Positions 1 through 10,737 are shown, counted from the first letter of the stretch. The stretch is DNA of 24,000 nt from Escherichia coli (GCF_014522245.1 NZ_CP058596.1); one strand, 5' to 3'. The notes: generated by a model not told the origin, from the sequence alone. Numbers and translations: made by a program.

Positions 1-1
1 A

Positions 2-388
2 GCACATACCCCGCTGGCAGAAGGCGCTAGTCCGGCCTCCGGTACTGACCATCTCGGCCCTACTGCGGTCATTGGCTCGGTGGGTAAACTGCCTACGGCA
101 GCAATTCTCGGCGGCGTGCTGCTCAACCAGAAACTGAATCCGGCAACGCTGGAGAATGAATCTGACAAGCAGAAACTGATGATCCTGCTGCGTACCTTCT
201 TTGAAGTGCATAAAGGCTGGCATATTCAGTACAACATCGTTTCCCGCGAAACATTGCTGGAGGCGAAGAAACATCCGGATCAATACCGCGATCTGGTGGT
301 ACGCGTAGCGGGTTATTCCGCCTTCTTCACCGCGCTCTCTCCAGACGCACAGGACGATATCATCGCCCGTACCGAACACATGCTGTAA
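2..388 (+). CDS. ybiW: 3' end of the pyruvate formate-lyase-like glycyl-radical enzyme YbiW/PflF. Partial: it runs off the left edge.
   Basis: Frame 2 is open from base 2 to the TAA at 386-388. The C-terminal peptide ...[19 protein letters not shown]... carries the glycyl-radical fingerprint RVAGYS. Recognised as the E. coli YbiW C-terminus. Confidence 0.92.
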   Translation, partial: AHTPLAEGASPASGTDHLGPTAVIGSVGKLPTAAILGGVLLNQKLNPATLENESDKQKLMILLRTFFEVHKGWHIQYNIVSRETLLEAKKHPDQYRDLVVRVAGYSAFFTALSPDAQDDIIARTEHML

Positions 389-396
389 TCCCCTCA

Positions 397-419
397 GCCC
401 GGCGTCGTCGTCGCCGGGC
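397..419 (+). terminator. GC-rich hairpin just after the ybiW stop; possible terminator or attenuator ahead of ybiV
   Basis: gcccggcg (397-404) pairs perfectly with cgccgggc (412-419) around a 7 nt loop. No U-tract follows, so it is not a canonical intrinsic terminator. Confidence 0.35.
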
Positions 420-533
420 CAAATCATTCACATCATCAATTTCAGCCTCGCTTTCATTCGAAATATAATTTGTGCTCTGCGTCACATTGTTATTACACTG
501 TTACGGTTTCATTTTCGAGCCAGGAGCACACCT

Positions 534-1349
534 ATGAGCGTAAAAGTTATCGTCACAGACATGGACGGTACTTTTCTTAACGACGCCAAAACGTACAACC
601 AACCACGTTTTATGGCGCAATATCAGGAACTGAAAAAGCGCGGCATTGAGTTCGTTGTCGCCAGCGGTAATCAGTATTACCAGCTTATTTCGTTCTTTCC
701 TGAGCTAAAGGATGAGATCTCTTTTGTCGCGGAAAACGGCGCACTGGTTTACGAACATGGCAAGCAGTTGTTCCACGGCGAACTGACCCGACATGAATCG
801 CGGATTGTTATTGGCGAGTTGCTAAAAGATAAGCAACTCAATTTTGTCGCCTGCGGTCTGCAAAGTGCATATGTCAGCGAAAATGCCCCCGAAGCATTCG
901 TCGCACTGATGGCAAAACACTACCATCGCCTGAAACCTGTAAAAGATTATCAGGAGATTGACGACGTACTGTTCAAGTTTTCGCTCAACCTGCCGGATGA
1001 ACAAATCCCGTTAGTGATCGACAAACTGCACATAGCGCTGGATGGCATTATGAAACCCGTCACCAGTGGTTTTAGCTTTATCGACTTGATTATTCCCGGT
1101 CTACATAAAGCAAACGGTATTTCGCGGTTACTGAAACGCTGGGATCTGTCACCGCAAAATGTGGTAGCGATTGGCGACAGCGGTAACGATGCGGAGATGC
1201 TGAAAATGGCGCGTTATTCCTTTGCGATGAGCAATGCTGCGGAAAACATTAAACAAATCGCCCGTTACGCTACCGATGATAATAATCATGAAGGCACGCT
1301 GAATGTGATTCAGGCGGTGCTGGAAAATAAACCGCCGTTTAATCTTTGA
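534..1349 (+). CDS. ybiV: HAD-superfamily (Cof-type) sugar phosphatase
   Basis: 271 aa ORF with HAD motif I DMDGTF near the N-terminus and motif IV GDSGND near the C-terminus. A GGAG lies upstream of the ATG. Near-identical to my recollection of E. coli YbiV. Confidence 0.95.
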   Translation: MSVKVIVTDMDGTFLNDAKTYNQPRFMAQYQELKKRGIEFVVASGNQYYQLISFFPELKDEISFVAENGALVYEHGKQLFHGELTRHESRIVIGELLKDKQLNFVACGLQSAYVSENAPEAFVALMAKHYHRLKPVKDYQEIDDVLFKFSLNLPDEQIPLVIDKLHIALDGIMKPVTSGFSFIDLIIPGLHKANGISRLLKRWDLSPQNVVAIGDSGNDAEMLKMARYSFAMSNAAENIKQIARYATDDNNHEGTLNVIQAVLENKPPFNL

Positions 1350-1389
1350 TTATCGCCAATTCAGTTTATTGAGAAAGTGCATGTCATTA

Positions 1390-1489
1390 TGCCGGATACG
1401 GCGTGACCGCCTTATTTGGCATACAAAATCATGAAAATTCAATATATTGCGATACACTGCCAGGTCTGATAAGCGTAGCGCACCAGGCA
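1390..1489. repeat. REP pair with a central IHF-type (L) motif; BIME-1/RIP-like element
   Basis: The left REP tgccggatacggcgtgaccgccttatttggcatac (1390-1424) is inverted relative to the right REP tgccaggtctgataagcgtagcgcaccaggca (1458-1489). The central segment contains aattcaatatattgc, typical of the RIP/BIME-1 core. Confidence 0.7.
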
Positions 1490-1511
1490 ATCTTGCGTTT
1501 GTCATCAGTTT

Positions 1512-1540
1512 CAGTAGCCCTGACCATATCAGGGCTACTG
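1512..1540. terminator. Perfect 12 bp stem-loop 8 nt downstream of the ybiT stop; probable ybiT 3' end or transcript-stabilising hairpin
   Basis: cagtagccctga (1512-1523) pairs with tcagggctactg (1529-1540) around a 5 nt loop. Neither strand has a clear U-tract. Confidence 0.5.
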
Positions 1541-1548
1541 ATAATAAC

Positions 1549-3141
1549 TTACTCGATCCCTTTACTACGCAGGTAATCTTCGTAATTACCGCTAAAGTCG
1601 ATCACGCGTTCCGGGGTGATTTCCAGAATACGGGTCGCCAGGGAGCTTACAAACTCACGGTCGTGAGAAACAAAGATCAGCGTGCCCTGATACAGTTCCA
1701 GCGCCATGTTCAGCGACTCAATGGATTCCATATCCAGGTGGTTGGTCGGTTCGTCCATGATCAGAATGTTCGGCTTCTGCATCATTAACTTACCAAACAG
1801 CATCCGCCCTTTTTCCCCACCGGAAAGCACTTTCGCAGGCTTTTTGATGTCGTCCTGGCTGAACAGCAAACGACCGAGAATGCTGCGTACCGCCTGCTCG
1901 TCATCGCCTTCCTGCTTCCACTGGCTCATCCATTCGAACACGGTCAGATCATTTTCGAACTCATATTCATGGTCCTGGGCGTAGTAACCAATGCGCGCGT
2001 TCTCAGACCATTTTACGGTGCCGCTGTCCGGTTGCAGATCGCCCACCAGCGTTTTCAGCAGCGTTGATTTACCGACGCCGTTGGTACCCAGTACCGCCAG
2101 TTTTTCACCCACTTCCAGCAGCAGGTTGAGATTTTTAAACAGTGGACCGTTATCAAACCCTTTAGTCAGACCTTCCACTTCCAGCGCGTTACGGAACAGT
2201 TTCTTATCCTGTTCAAAACGGATGAACGGGTTCTGACGGCTGGAGGCTTTCACCTCTTCCAGTTTGATTTTATCAATCTGGCGCGCGCGCGAAGTTGCCT
2301 GGCGAGATTTCGAGGCGTTGGCGCTAAAGCGGCTAACGAAAGATTGCAACTCAGCAATCTGCGCTTTCTTCTTGGCGTTATCAGCCAGCAGACGTTCACG
2401 CGCCTGAGTCGCCGCCGTCATGTACTCATCGTAGTTGCCCGGATAAACGCGCAGCTCGCCGTAATCCAGATCCGCCATGTGGGTACAAACCATGTTAAGG
2501 AAGTGACGGTCGTGCGAGATGATGATCATGGTGCTGTCACGCTCGTTCAGCACCTGTTCCAGCCAGCGAATGGTGTCGATGTCGAGGTTGTTGGTCGGTT
2601 CGTCGAGCAGGAGAATGTCCGGATCAGCAAACAGCGCCTGCGCCAGCAGCACACGCAGCTTCCAGCCAGGAGCAACTTCACTCATCGGGCCGTAGTGCTG
2701 TTCCACTGGAATTCCCACGCCAAGCAACAGTTCACCAGCGCGAGCTTCCGCAGAGTAACCGTCCATTTCGCCGTATTTCACTTCCAGATCGGCCACTTTA
2801 TAGCCGTCTTCTTCACTCATTTCCGGCAAAGCATAGATGCGGTCACGTTCCTGCTTCACTTCCCACAACTCTTTATGCCCCATGATCACCGTATCCAGCA
2901 CAGTGAACTCTTCAAAGGCAAACTGATCCTGACGCAGCTTACCAATGCGCTCGTTGGGATCGAGGGAAACGTTACCCAACGTCGGCTCTAAGTCGCCGCC
3001 GAGGATCTTCATAAAGGTGGATTTACCACTACCGTTCGCGCCAATCAGGCCGTAACGGTTGCCGCCGCCAAATTTGACGGAAATGTTTTCAAACAACGGC
3101 TTACTGCCGAACTGCATGGTGACGTTACTGGAAACTAACAC
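1549..3141 (-). CDS. ybiT: ABC-F family ATPase (two fused ABC ATPase domains, no membrane domain)
   Basis: 530 aa. It has two Walker A sites ([18 protein letters not shown]), two ABC signatures (LSGG-type) and two Walker B sites ([16 protein letters not shown]). Recognised as E. coli YbiT. Confidence 0.96.
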
Positions 3142-3268
3142 AGGCGTATCCTGAAAAGAGATATGACAAACCGCGCATTATGCCATAAATCTGAAAGAAG
3201 ATCCTGCTCCTCGCTTAAGGTCTACACTCAAGCCAAAGGCAAAAAATGTGATTTCGTACACATCTGAT

Positions 3269-3297
3269 TTCACTGTGAGCTGGAATGAACTTATAAT
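3269..3297 (+). promoter_or_regulatory. Candidate sigma-70 promoter for ldtB
   Basis: TTCACT (3269-3274), a 17 nt spacer, then TATAAT (3292-3297), about 60 nt upstream of the ldtB ATG. Motif match only. Confidence 0.35.
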
Positions 3298-3359
3298 GCG
3301 CTTCCAATACTCTAATATTCTCAACCCAATGGCCTGCCAGGCACAAAATCTCGCTTAAC

Positions 3360-4280
3360 ATGAATATGAAATTGAAAACATTATTCGCAGCGGCCTTCGC
3401 TGTTGTCGGCTTTTGCAGTACCGCCTCTGCGGTAACTTATCCTCTGCCAACCGACGGGAGTCGCCTGGTTGGTCAGAATCAGGTGATCACCATTCCTGAA
3501 GGTAACACTCAGCCGCTGGAGTATTTTGCCGCCGAGTACCAGATGGGACTTTCCAATATGATGGAAGCGAACCCGGGTGTGGATACCTTCCTGCCGAAAG
3601 GCGGTACTGTACTGAACATTCCGCAGCAGCTGATCCTGCCGGATACCGTTCATGAAGGCATCGTCATTAACAGTGCAGAGATGCGTCTGTATTACTATCC
3701 GAAAGGAACCAACACCGTTATCGTGCTGCCGATCGGCATTGGTCAGTTAGGCAAAGACACGCCTATCAACTGGACCACCAAAGTTGAGCGTAAAAAAGCA
3801 GGCCCGACCTGGACGCCGACCGCCAAAATGCACGCAGAGTACCGCGCTGCGGGCGAACCGCTTCCGGCTGTCGTTCCAGCAGGTCCGGATAACCCGATGG
3901 GTCTGTATGCACTCTACATCGGTCGCCTGTACGCTATCCATGGCACCAACGCCAACTTCGGTATCGGCCTGCGTGTAAGTCATGGCTGTGTGCGTCTGCG
4001 TAACGAAGACATTAAATTCCTGTTCGAGAAAGTGCCTGTCGGTACTCGCGTGCAGTTTATTGATGAGCCGGTGAAAGCGACTACCGAACCAGACGGCAGC
4101 CGTTACATTGAAGTCCATAACCCGCTGTCTACCACCGAAGCCCAGTTTGAAGGTCAGGAAATTGTGCCAATTACCCTGACGAAGAGCGTGCAGACAGTGA
4201 CCGGTCAGCCAGATGTTGACCAGGTTGTTCTTGATGAAGCGATCAAAAATCGTTCCGGGATGCCGGTTCGTCTGAATTAA
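3360..4280 (+). CDS. ldtB: Periplasmic L,D-transpeptidase (YkuD domain) that attaches Braun lipoprotein to peptidoglycan
   Basis: 306 aa with signal peptide [24 protein letters not shown] and a YkuD catalytic motif HGT...SHGCVRL. Matches E. coli YbiS/LdtB. Confidence 0.96.
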
Positions 4281-4294
4281 TCGTCAAAACGTAA

Positions 4295-4326
4295 AACAAA
4301 GGCGGACTCATAATCCGCCTTTTTAA
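4295..4326. terminator. Bidirectional intrinsic terminator shared by the convergent genes ldtB and ybiR
   Basis: aaaggcgga (4298-4306) pairs with tccgccttt (4314-4322). An A-run lies on the left and a T-run on the right, so it can work on both strands. Confidence 0.8.
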
Positions 4327-4337
4327 TTTGCCAGACC

Positions 4338-5456
4338 TTATCCCGCCGGGATCATAACCAACAAAACATATCCCACCAGCGCCGCCCACAACAGCATCGG
4401 TATCGAATAAAGATGAAAACGCCACCAGATACGGCGATCGTTCGCCATCCGTAACGCAATCAAATTTGCCAGCGATCCGGGTAATAAACCAAAGCCCCCC
4501 ACGTTTACCGCCCATGCCAGTAATAAAGACGGTGGCACATAATTGAGCAGCAAAATGGTACTCGGCACGTTACTGATCACCTGCGATAAACCGATCGCCG
4601 TTAACCATAATCCGGGTTCGGATAAATGACTCACGTTACTTAACACCCCCTGCAAAACTGGCAGTTGGGTTAGTAAATGGACGTCGATAAACATCGCCAT
4701 AAACACCAGCAGCAGCGTCCAGTCCACACTGAGCACCACACGACGCGCCAGCAGCGCAAAGCCCGCCGCCACAATCACCAGTCCCCACAGCTCTTGTTTT
4801 AACTCCAGCGCCGTCAGAAAGACGATATACAGCCCCAGACAACTCCACACCAGCCGCGGTTTCCACTCCGGCGTTTGCACCCCCGTATGGTATTGCAGCG
4901 CCTTTCCAGGGAAACAACACCAGCACAACAGCAGGAGTGTCAGCATCATTGCGCCAGCCAGCGGTGCCATTTGGGCAATAAATCCGGCAAACGAAAGACC
5001 AGAACGTCCCCAGATAAGAATATTTTGCGGGTTGCCAATTGGCGTCAGTAGCGAACCAGCGTTGACTGCCAGCGCCTCAAAAATAATCAGCCGATTAACC
5101 GGAATCTCACACAGTCTTTTTAGCGTGATAGTCAGCGGAACAACTATAAACAGTGCGACATCGTTGGTCAGAAAGGTAGAAAGCAGCGCTGCCGCCAGTA
5201 CCATAAACATCGCCAGCCGACGCTCCGTAGCAAAACGGCGCACCATTTTGCGCCCCAGCACATCAAAATAACCGCTTAACTCGACACCTTTGGTCAGCAG
5301 CATCAGGCCGCTTAAGGTGATGATGGTGTGCCAGTCGATAGCAGCAGGCCAGGATTTCGGTGCAAAGGGAACGAAAAAACTTAATCCGATGCCAACAAGA
5401 ATTAATAACTGAAAAAAACGATCGCCTTGCAGCGTGCGTAAAAAAGGCAGGCTCAT
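4338..5456 (-). CDS. ybiR: Polytopic inner-membrane permease of the ion-transporter superfamily (ArsB/CitMHS-like); substrate unknown
   Basis: 372 aa and highly hydrophobic throughout. Its start codon overlaps the mntR stop codon (ATGA at 5453-5456). Recognised as E. coli YbiR. Confidence 0.93.
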
Positions 5457-5920
5457 TTGGCACCGTGTTTCTGGGTAAACAAACGAAAGGCATCCAGCGT
5501 CTCTTCACTAACATGGTGCTCCATACCTTCCGCGTCGCGACGGGCGATTTCCGGACTGACGCCCAACACCAACAAGAAATTTTCGACTATCTGATGTCGC
5601 TCGCGGCTTTCCTGCGCCAGCTTCTCTCCTTCTGCCGTTAAAAACACGCCACGCCAGGGGATCATTTCAATCAGCCCCATGGTTGCCAGTCGCTTAAGCA
5701 TTTTAGCCACCGTCGGTTGCGAAACCCCCAGACGAGCAGCCATGTCCACCTGACGAGCTTCCCCCACTTCCCTGATCAAGTCAGAAATCAGCTCAACGTA
5801 ATCATCAATCAGCTCGCGCCGATGCGCCTCTCTGACCTGGCGGAACCCTTCAACGTGCTCTTCCACGTTCACTAACTGCGTCACTTTTTTTGCTGTTGGC
5901 GTACCTGCGCGACGACTCAT
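5453..5920 (-). CDS. mntR: Manganese-responsive transcriptional regulator (DtxR family)
   Basis: 155 aa with an N-terminal winged-helix region ([17 protein letters not shown]) and DtxR-type metal-binding and dimerisation regions. Matches E. coli MntR. Confidence 0.96.
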
Positions 5921-6030
5921 TGTGCTTCCTCATTATGGTGACGCATACATAGCGTTCTCATTTCGTGCGCACATTGTAAACCAGAGTTGCGAAGGTACAA
6001 AAAATTAACGTTTTAGCAATAGCTATATAA

Positions 6031-6046
6031 TATAGCCTGTGCTATA
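6031..6046. promoter_or_regulatory. MntR operator in the mntS promoter / mntR-mntS divergent region
   Basis: Perfect inverted repeat TATAGC-ctgt-GCTATA. It has the same ATAGC-N4-GCTAT core as the known mntH MntR box. An extra ATAGCTAT palindrome sits just upstream (6019-6026), and TATAAT (6026-6031) is adjacent to the operator. Confidence 0.7.
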
Positions 6047-6105
6047 TCTGTATGTAATGCAATCATTCCTCAAGGATCGATGGGATTAGCAAGTCAGGAG
6101 GTCTT

Positions 6106-6234
6106 ATGAATGAGTTCAAGAGGTGTATGCGCGTGTTTAGTCATTCTCCCTTTAAAGTACGGTTAATGCTGCTCTCTATGTTGTGCGATATGGTCAACAA
6201 CAAACCGCAGCAGGATAAACCTTCCGATAAATAG
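6106..6234 (+). CDS. mntS: 42 aa small protein MntS (within the RybA transcript), a manganese-homeostasis factor
   Basis: Not in the ORF track because it is under 60 aa. ATG at 6106 is preceded by AGGAGG (6095-6100). The translation MNEFKRCMRVFSHSPFKVRLMLLSMLCDMVNNKPQQDKPSDK matches my recollection of MntS. Confidence 0.9.
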   Translation: MNEFKRCMRVFSHSPFKVRLMLLSMLCDMVNNKPQQDKPSDK

Positions 6235-6254
6235 CGGCGTCGCGGTACGCCGCT
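6233..6254 (+). terminator. Hairpin overlapping the mntS stop codon; probable mntS/RybA 3' end
   Basis: agcggcgt (6233-6240) pairs with acgccgct (6247-6254). A second small hairpin, cctgc-ttttat-gcagg, follows. The U-tract is not immediately adjacent. Confidence 0.45.
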
Positions 6255-6505
6255 TCACTCCTGCTTTTATGCAGGCACAACGCGTTTTGGTCTGAAAAAC
6301 CCCACTTTTTGTCGGATTTGCAATCCCCTTCGCAAAAGATTTGTTCGTCGGTAGTTGACCTGAACAGCAGCTCGCTCTATCTTCTTGCAGCCCTGCGTAT
6401 ATTGCGGCTCGCGGATGCGGACCCCTTTCCCCTCTTCACGCACTCTTGCAGGTATTGACCCTTGACGCCAGGGTAAGCACATGGCGTTTGTTACGATAGT
6501 GGCAT

Positions 6506-8089
6506 ATGAATTTAACCCTCAAAGAATCGCTTGTTACCCGTAGCCGGGTATTTAGCCCGTGGACTGCGTTCTACTTTTTACAGTCGCTATTAATTAACCT
6601 CGGCTTAGGTTACCCCTTCAGTTTGCTCTACACCGCTGCGTTTACGGCTATTTTGCTTTTGCTATGGCGAACATTGCCTCGCGTACAAAAAGTTCTGGTC
6701 GGTATCAGTTCGCTGGTGGCGGCTTGTTATTTCCCTTTTGCTCAGGCCTACGGCGCGCCTAACTTCAATACATTGCTGGCATTGCACTCCACCAATATGG
6801 AAGAGTCGACCGAAATCCTGACGATTTTTCCGTGGTACAGCTACCTGGTCGGCATATTTATTTTTGCGCTCGGCGTAATAGCAATCAGGCGAAAAAAAGA
6901 GAGTGAAAAAGCGCGCTGGAATACCTTCGACAGCCTGTGCCTGGTATTCAGTGTGGCGACATTTTTTGTTGCTCCCGTGCAAAACCTGGCCTGGGGCGGC
7001 GTATTTAAACTGAAAGATACTGGCTATCCGGTATTTCGTTTTGCTAAGGATGTCATCGTCAATAATAACGAGGTGATTGAAGAGCAAGAACGGATGGCAA
7101 AACTTTCCGGAATGAAAGATACCTGGACGGTCACTGCCGTTAAGCCGAAGTATCAGACCTATGTGGTGGTGATCGGAGAAAGCGCGCGTCGCGATGCCCT
7201 CGGTGCCTTTGGCGGTCACTGGGACAATACCCCGTTTGCCAGCAGCGTTAACGGTTTGATATTTGCTGACTACATTGCCGCCAGTGGCTCCACGCAGAAA
7301 TCGCTTGGCTTAACGCTCAATCGCGTTGTCGATGGCAAACCACAGTTTCAGGATAACTTTGTCACCCTGGCAAATCGCGCGGGCTTCCAGACCTGGTGGT
7401 TTTCCAACCAGGGTCAAATCGGCGAATACGATACCGCCATCGCCAGCATCGCCAAACGAGCAGATGAAGTGTACTTCCTGAAAGAAGGTAATTTTGAAGC
7501 AGATAAAAACACGAAAGACGAAGCGTTACTGGATATGACCGCTCAAGTGCTGGCGCAAGAGCACTCGCAACCGCAGCTGATTGTTCTACATCTGATGGGC
7601 TCGCATCCGCAGGCCTGCGACCGGACACAAGGCAAATACGAAACCTTTGTGCAATCGAAAGAAACGTCGTGCTATCTCTATACCATGACGCAAACAGACG
7701 ATTTACTGCGCAAGCTGTACGATCAGTTACGCAACAGCGGCAGCAGCTTCTCGCTGGTTTACTTTTCCGACCACGGTCTGGCCTTTAAAGAGCGCGGCAA
7801 AGACGTGCAATACCTTGCCCATGATGATAAGTATCAGCAAAATTTCCAGGTGCCTTTTATGGTCATTTCCAGCGACGATAAAGCGCATCGGGTGATTAAA
7901 GCCCGCCGCTCGGCCAATGACTTCTTAGGCTTTTTCTCGCAGTGGACGGGAATTAAAGCGAAGGAAATAAATATCAAATACCCGTTTATATCTGAGAAGA
8001 AAGCCGGGCCGATATACATCACCAACTTCCAGTTACAGAAGGTGGATTACAACCATCTCGGAACCGATATTTTCGACCCGAAACCTTAA
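6506..8089 (+). CDS. opgE: Inner-membrane phosphoethanolamine transferase (sulfatase-like/EptA family), formerly ybiP
   Basis: 527 aa with an N-terminal multi-TM region followed by a periplasmic alkaline-phosphatase-superfamily domain (VVVIGESARRD, HLMGSHP). Matches E. coli YbiP/OpgE. Confidence 0.94.
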   Translation: MNLTLKESLVTRSRVFSPWTAFYFLQSLLINLGLGYPFSLLYTAAFTAILLLLWRTLPRVQKVLVGISSLVAACYFPFAQAYGAPNFNTLLALHSTNMEESTEILTIFPWYSYLVGIFIFALGVIAIRRKKESEKARWNTFDSLCLVFSVATFFVAPVQNLAWGGVFKLKDTGYPVFRFAKDVIVNNNEVIEEQERMAKLSGMKDTWTVTAVKPKYQTYVVVIGESARRDALGAFGGHWDNTPFASSVNGLIFADYIAASGSTQKSLGLTLNRVVDGKPQFQDNFVTLANRAGFQTWWFSNQGQIGEYDTAIASIAKRADEVYFLKEGNFEADKNTKDEALLDMTAQVLAQEHSQPQLIVLHLMGSHPQACDRTQGKYETFVQSKETSCYLYTMTQTDDLLRKLYDQLRNSGSSFSLVYFSDHGLAFKERGKDVQYLAHDDKYQQNFQVPFMVISSDDKAHRVIKARRSANDFLGFFSQWTGIKAKEINIKYPFISEKKAGPIYITNFQLQKVDYNHLGTDIFDPKP

Positions 8090-8092
8090 AAC

Positions 8093-8124
8093 AAAAAAAT
8101 CCGCCCCGAGAGGCGGATTTTTTA
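8093..8124. terminator. Bidirectional intrinsic terminator shared by the convergent genes opgE and ompX
   Basis: aaaaaaatccgcc-ccgaga-ggcggatttttt: a 7 bp GC stem flanked by an A-run and a T-run. Confidence 0.85.
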
Positions 8125-8138
8125 TATCACCGAAGTGA

Positions 8139-8654
8139 TTAGAAGCGGTAACCAACACCGGCAATCCAGGTGCCTACGTCAACGCTACGAATACGGCTCT
8201 GCTCGTAAGAGAAGTCCAGAGCAACGTTTTCCATCGGGTTGAACTGCAAACCAGCACCGTAGGAGAAACCGTAGTCGCTGGTGTCGTGTTTGTAGGTCGG
8301 GTATTCAGTGGTCTGGAATTTACCATAACCCACACCCACTACACCGTAGATGCTTGCCCAGTCGTTAATGCGGTAAGCCGGACCAGCAGTGATGCCGTAG
8401 TACTGGTTTTTGTTGTAGTCACCAGAGCTTGCAGTACGGCTTTTCTCGGTGTAAGTGAAAGAACCGATCACACCCAGCGGGCTGTTGTCTTCTTCATAGC
8501 GGTATTTCAGGTTGAAACCGCCCATTTTGTTCATTTGGCCCTGAGCGTCGCTTTGTGCGTAACCGCCAGTTACGGTAGAAGTCGCAGCTACGGAAGTACC
8601 TGCGGTGAAAGCCAGAACTGCGGCCAGTGCTGAAAGACATGCAATTTTTTTCAT
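8139..8654 (-). CDS. ompX: Outer-membrane protein X (8-stranded beta-barrel, Ail/Lom family)
   Basis: 171 aa from the ATG at 8654; the track's MVM start is a 2-codon upstream GTG extension. Signal peptide MKKIACLSALAAVLAFTAGTSVA, and a C-terminal GVGYRF beta-signal ending in Phe. Confidence 0.97.
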   Translation of the reverse strand: MKKIACLSALAAVLAFTAGTSVAATSTVTGGYAQSDAQGQMNKMGGFNLKYRYEEDNSPLGVIGSFTYTEKSRTASSGDYNKNQYYGITAGPAYRINDWASIYGVVGVGYGKFQTTEYPTYKHDTSDYGFSYGAGLQFNPMENVALDFSYEQSRIRSVDVGTWIAGVGYRF

Positions 8655-9006
8655 AACCACCTCAAATGTGATTCAAATAAGTCCTAAGTTTTAAATATAT
8701 CAAAAATTAATGGGAAACTCTTCGCGATTTATGATGTCTAACGGGCCATTTCATGTAACAGAACGTTTCCATACACCGCTATCCATCTAAATTTAAATCA
8801 CTTTTTCAGAGAACTGCGTAAGTATTACGCATGTTTTCCCTGTCATTCATCCAGATTATTCCTAATCACCAGACTAATGATTCCATCAATCCTGGCGCAT
8901 TTTAGTCAAAACGGGGGAAAATTTTTTCAACAAATGCTCAACCAGCATTGGGTATATCCAGTACACTCCACGCTTTACTTAGGTTTAGATATTTGTGGGA
9001 GAAAGG

Positions 9007-9894
9007 ATGCCTGGTTCATTACGTAAAATGCCGGTCTGGTTACCAATAGTCATATTGCTCGTTGCCATGGCGTCTATTCAGGGTGGAGCCTCGTTAGCTA
9101 AGTCACTTTTTCCTCTGGTGGGCGCACCGGGGGTCACTGCGCTGCGTCTGGCATTAGGCACGCTGATCCTCATCGCGTTCTTTAAGCCATGGCGACTGCG
9201 CTTTGCCAAAGAGCAACGATTACCGCTGTTGTTTTACGGCGTTTCGCTGGGTGGAATGAATTATCTTTTTTATCTTTCTATTCAGACGGTACCGCTGGGT
9301 ATTGCGGTGGCGCTGGAGTTCACCGGACCACTGGCGGTGGCACTGTTCTCTTCTCGTCGCCCGGTAGATTTCGTCTGGGTTGTGCTGGCGGTTCTTGGTC
9401 TGTGGTTCCTGCTACCGCTGGGGCAAGACGTTTCCCATGTCGATTTAACCGGCTGTGCGCTGGCACTGGGGGCCGGGGCTTGTTGGGCTATTTACATTTT
9501 AAGTGGGCAACGCGCAGGAGCGGAACATGGCCCTGCGACGGTGGCAATTGGTTCGTTGATTGCAGCGTTAATTTTCGTGCCAATTGGAGCGCTTCAGGCT
9601 GGTGAAGCACTCTGGCACTGGTCGGTTATTCCATTGGGTCTGGCTGTCGCTATTCTCTCGACCGCTCTGCCTTATTCGCTGGAAATGATTGCCCTCACCC
9701 GTTTGCCAACACGCACATTTGGTACGCTAATGAGCATGGAACCTGCGCTGGCTGCCGTTTCCGGGATGATTTTCCTCGGAGAAACACTGACACCCATACA
9801 GCTGCTGGCGCTCGGCGCTATCATCGCCGCTTCAATGGGTTCTACGCTGACAGTACGCAAAGAGAGCAAAATAAAAGAATTAGACATAAATTAA
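9007..9894 (+). CDS. rhtA: Threonine/homoserine exporter (DMT/EamA family)
   Basis: 295 aa from the ATG at 9007, preceded by GGGAGAAAGG. The ORF track begins 4 codons upstream at a GTG. It has 10 predicted TM segments and matches E. coli RhtA (YbiF). Confidence 0.93.
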   Translation: MPGSLRKMPVWLPIVILLVAMASIQGGASLAKSLFPLVGAPGVTALRLALGTLILIAFFKPWRLRFAKEQRLPLLFYGVSLGGMNYLFYLSIQTVPLGIAVALEFTGPLAVALFSSRRPVDFVWVVLAVLGLWFLLPLGQDVSHVDLTGCALALGAGACWAIYILSGQRAGAEHGPATVAIGSLIAALIFVPIGALQAGEALWHWSVIPLGLAVAILSTALPYSLEMIALTRLPTRTFGTLMSMEPALAAVSGMIFLGETLTPIQLLALGAIIAASMGSTLTVRKESKIKELDIN

Positions 9895-9903
9895 ATTTAC
9901 ATT

Positions 9904-9937
9904 TCTGCATGGTTATGCATAACCATGCAGATTTTCT
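9904..9937 (+). terminator. Intrinsic terminator of rhtA
   Basis: The 28 nt perfect palindrome tctgcatggttatg/cataaccatgcaga is followed by ttttctc. Confidence 0.85.
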
Positions 9938-10056
9938 CGCTACTTTTCCTCTACGCCGTCTTTATATATCGAATTATGCAAAAGCATATTTATTCCGAAA
10001 ATTCCTGGCGAGCAAATAAATAAGAATTGTTCTTATTAATATATCTAACTCATTGA

Positions 10057-10698
<642 letters not shown>

Positions 10699-10737
10699 AT
10701 CCATCGCTGATGGTGCAGAACTTTAGTACACGATAAA

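Noticed and set aside
1447-1788. 113 aa plus-strand ORF starting in the REP element and running into ybiT antisense
   Set aside because: It begins inside a repeat and is otherwise a shadow frame of ybiT.
2344-2991. 215 aa plus-strand ORF, with neighbours at 1706-1984 and 1991-2236, inside ybiT
   Set aside because: It lies entirely antisense to the well-supported ybiT CDS. The Arg/His/Val-rich composition is typical of a shadow frame, there is no Shine-Dalgarno, and no family resemblance.
3163-3264. 33 aa ORF ([34 protein letters not shown]) in the ybiT-ldtB divergent spacer, plus other tiny intergenic ORFs at about 8730, 8831, 9976 and 21063
   Set aside because: None has a convincingly spaced Shine-Dalgarno or any feature suggesting a real small protein. 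Without conservation or ribosome-profiling data they cannot be supported.
6267-6482. 71 aa minus-strand ORF in the mntS-opgE spacer. I vaguely recall a hypothetical gene (yliL, b0816) once annotated hereabouts in K-12, but I cannot verify that it is the same ORF.
   Set aside because: No Shine-Dalgarno lies upstream (aacaaacgccATG). The highly basic Arg/Lys/Gln-rich sequence has no recognisable fold or signal. It is more likely opgE promoter and leader DNA.
6662-7219. 185 aa minus-strand ORF inside opgE
   Set aside because: It is antisense to the opgE CDS, and nothing supports it beyond its length.
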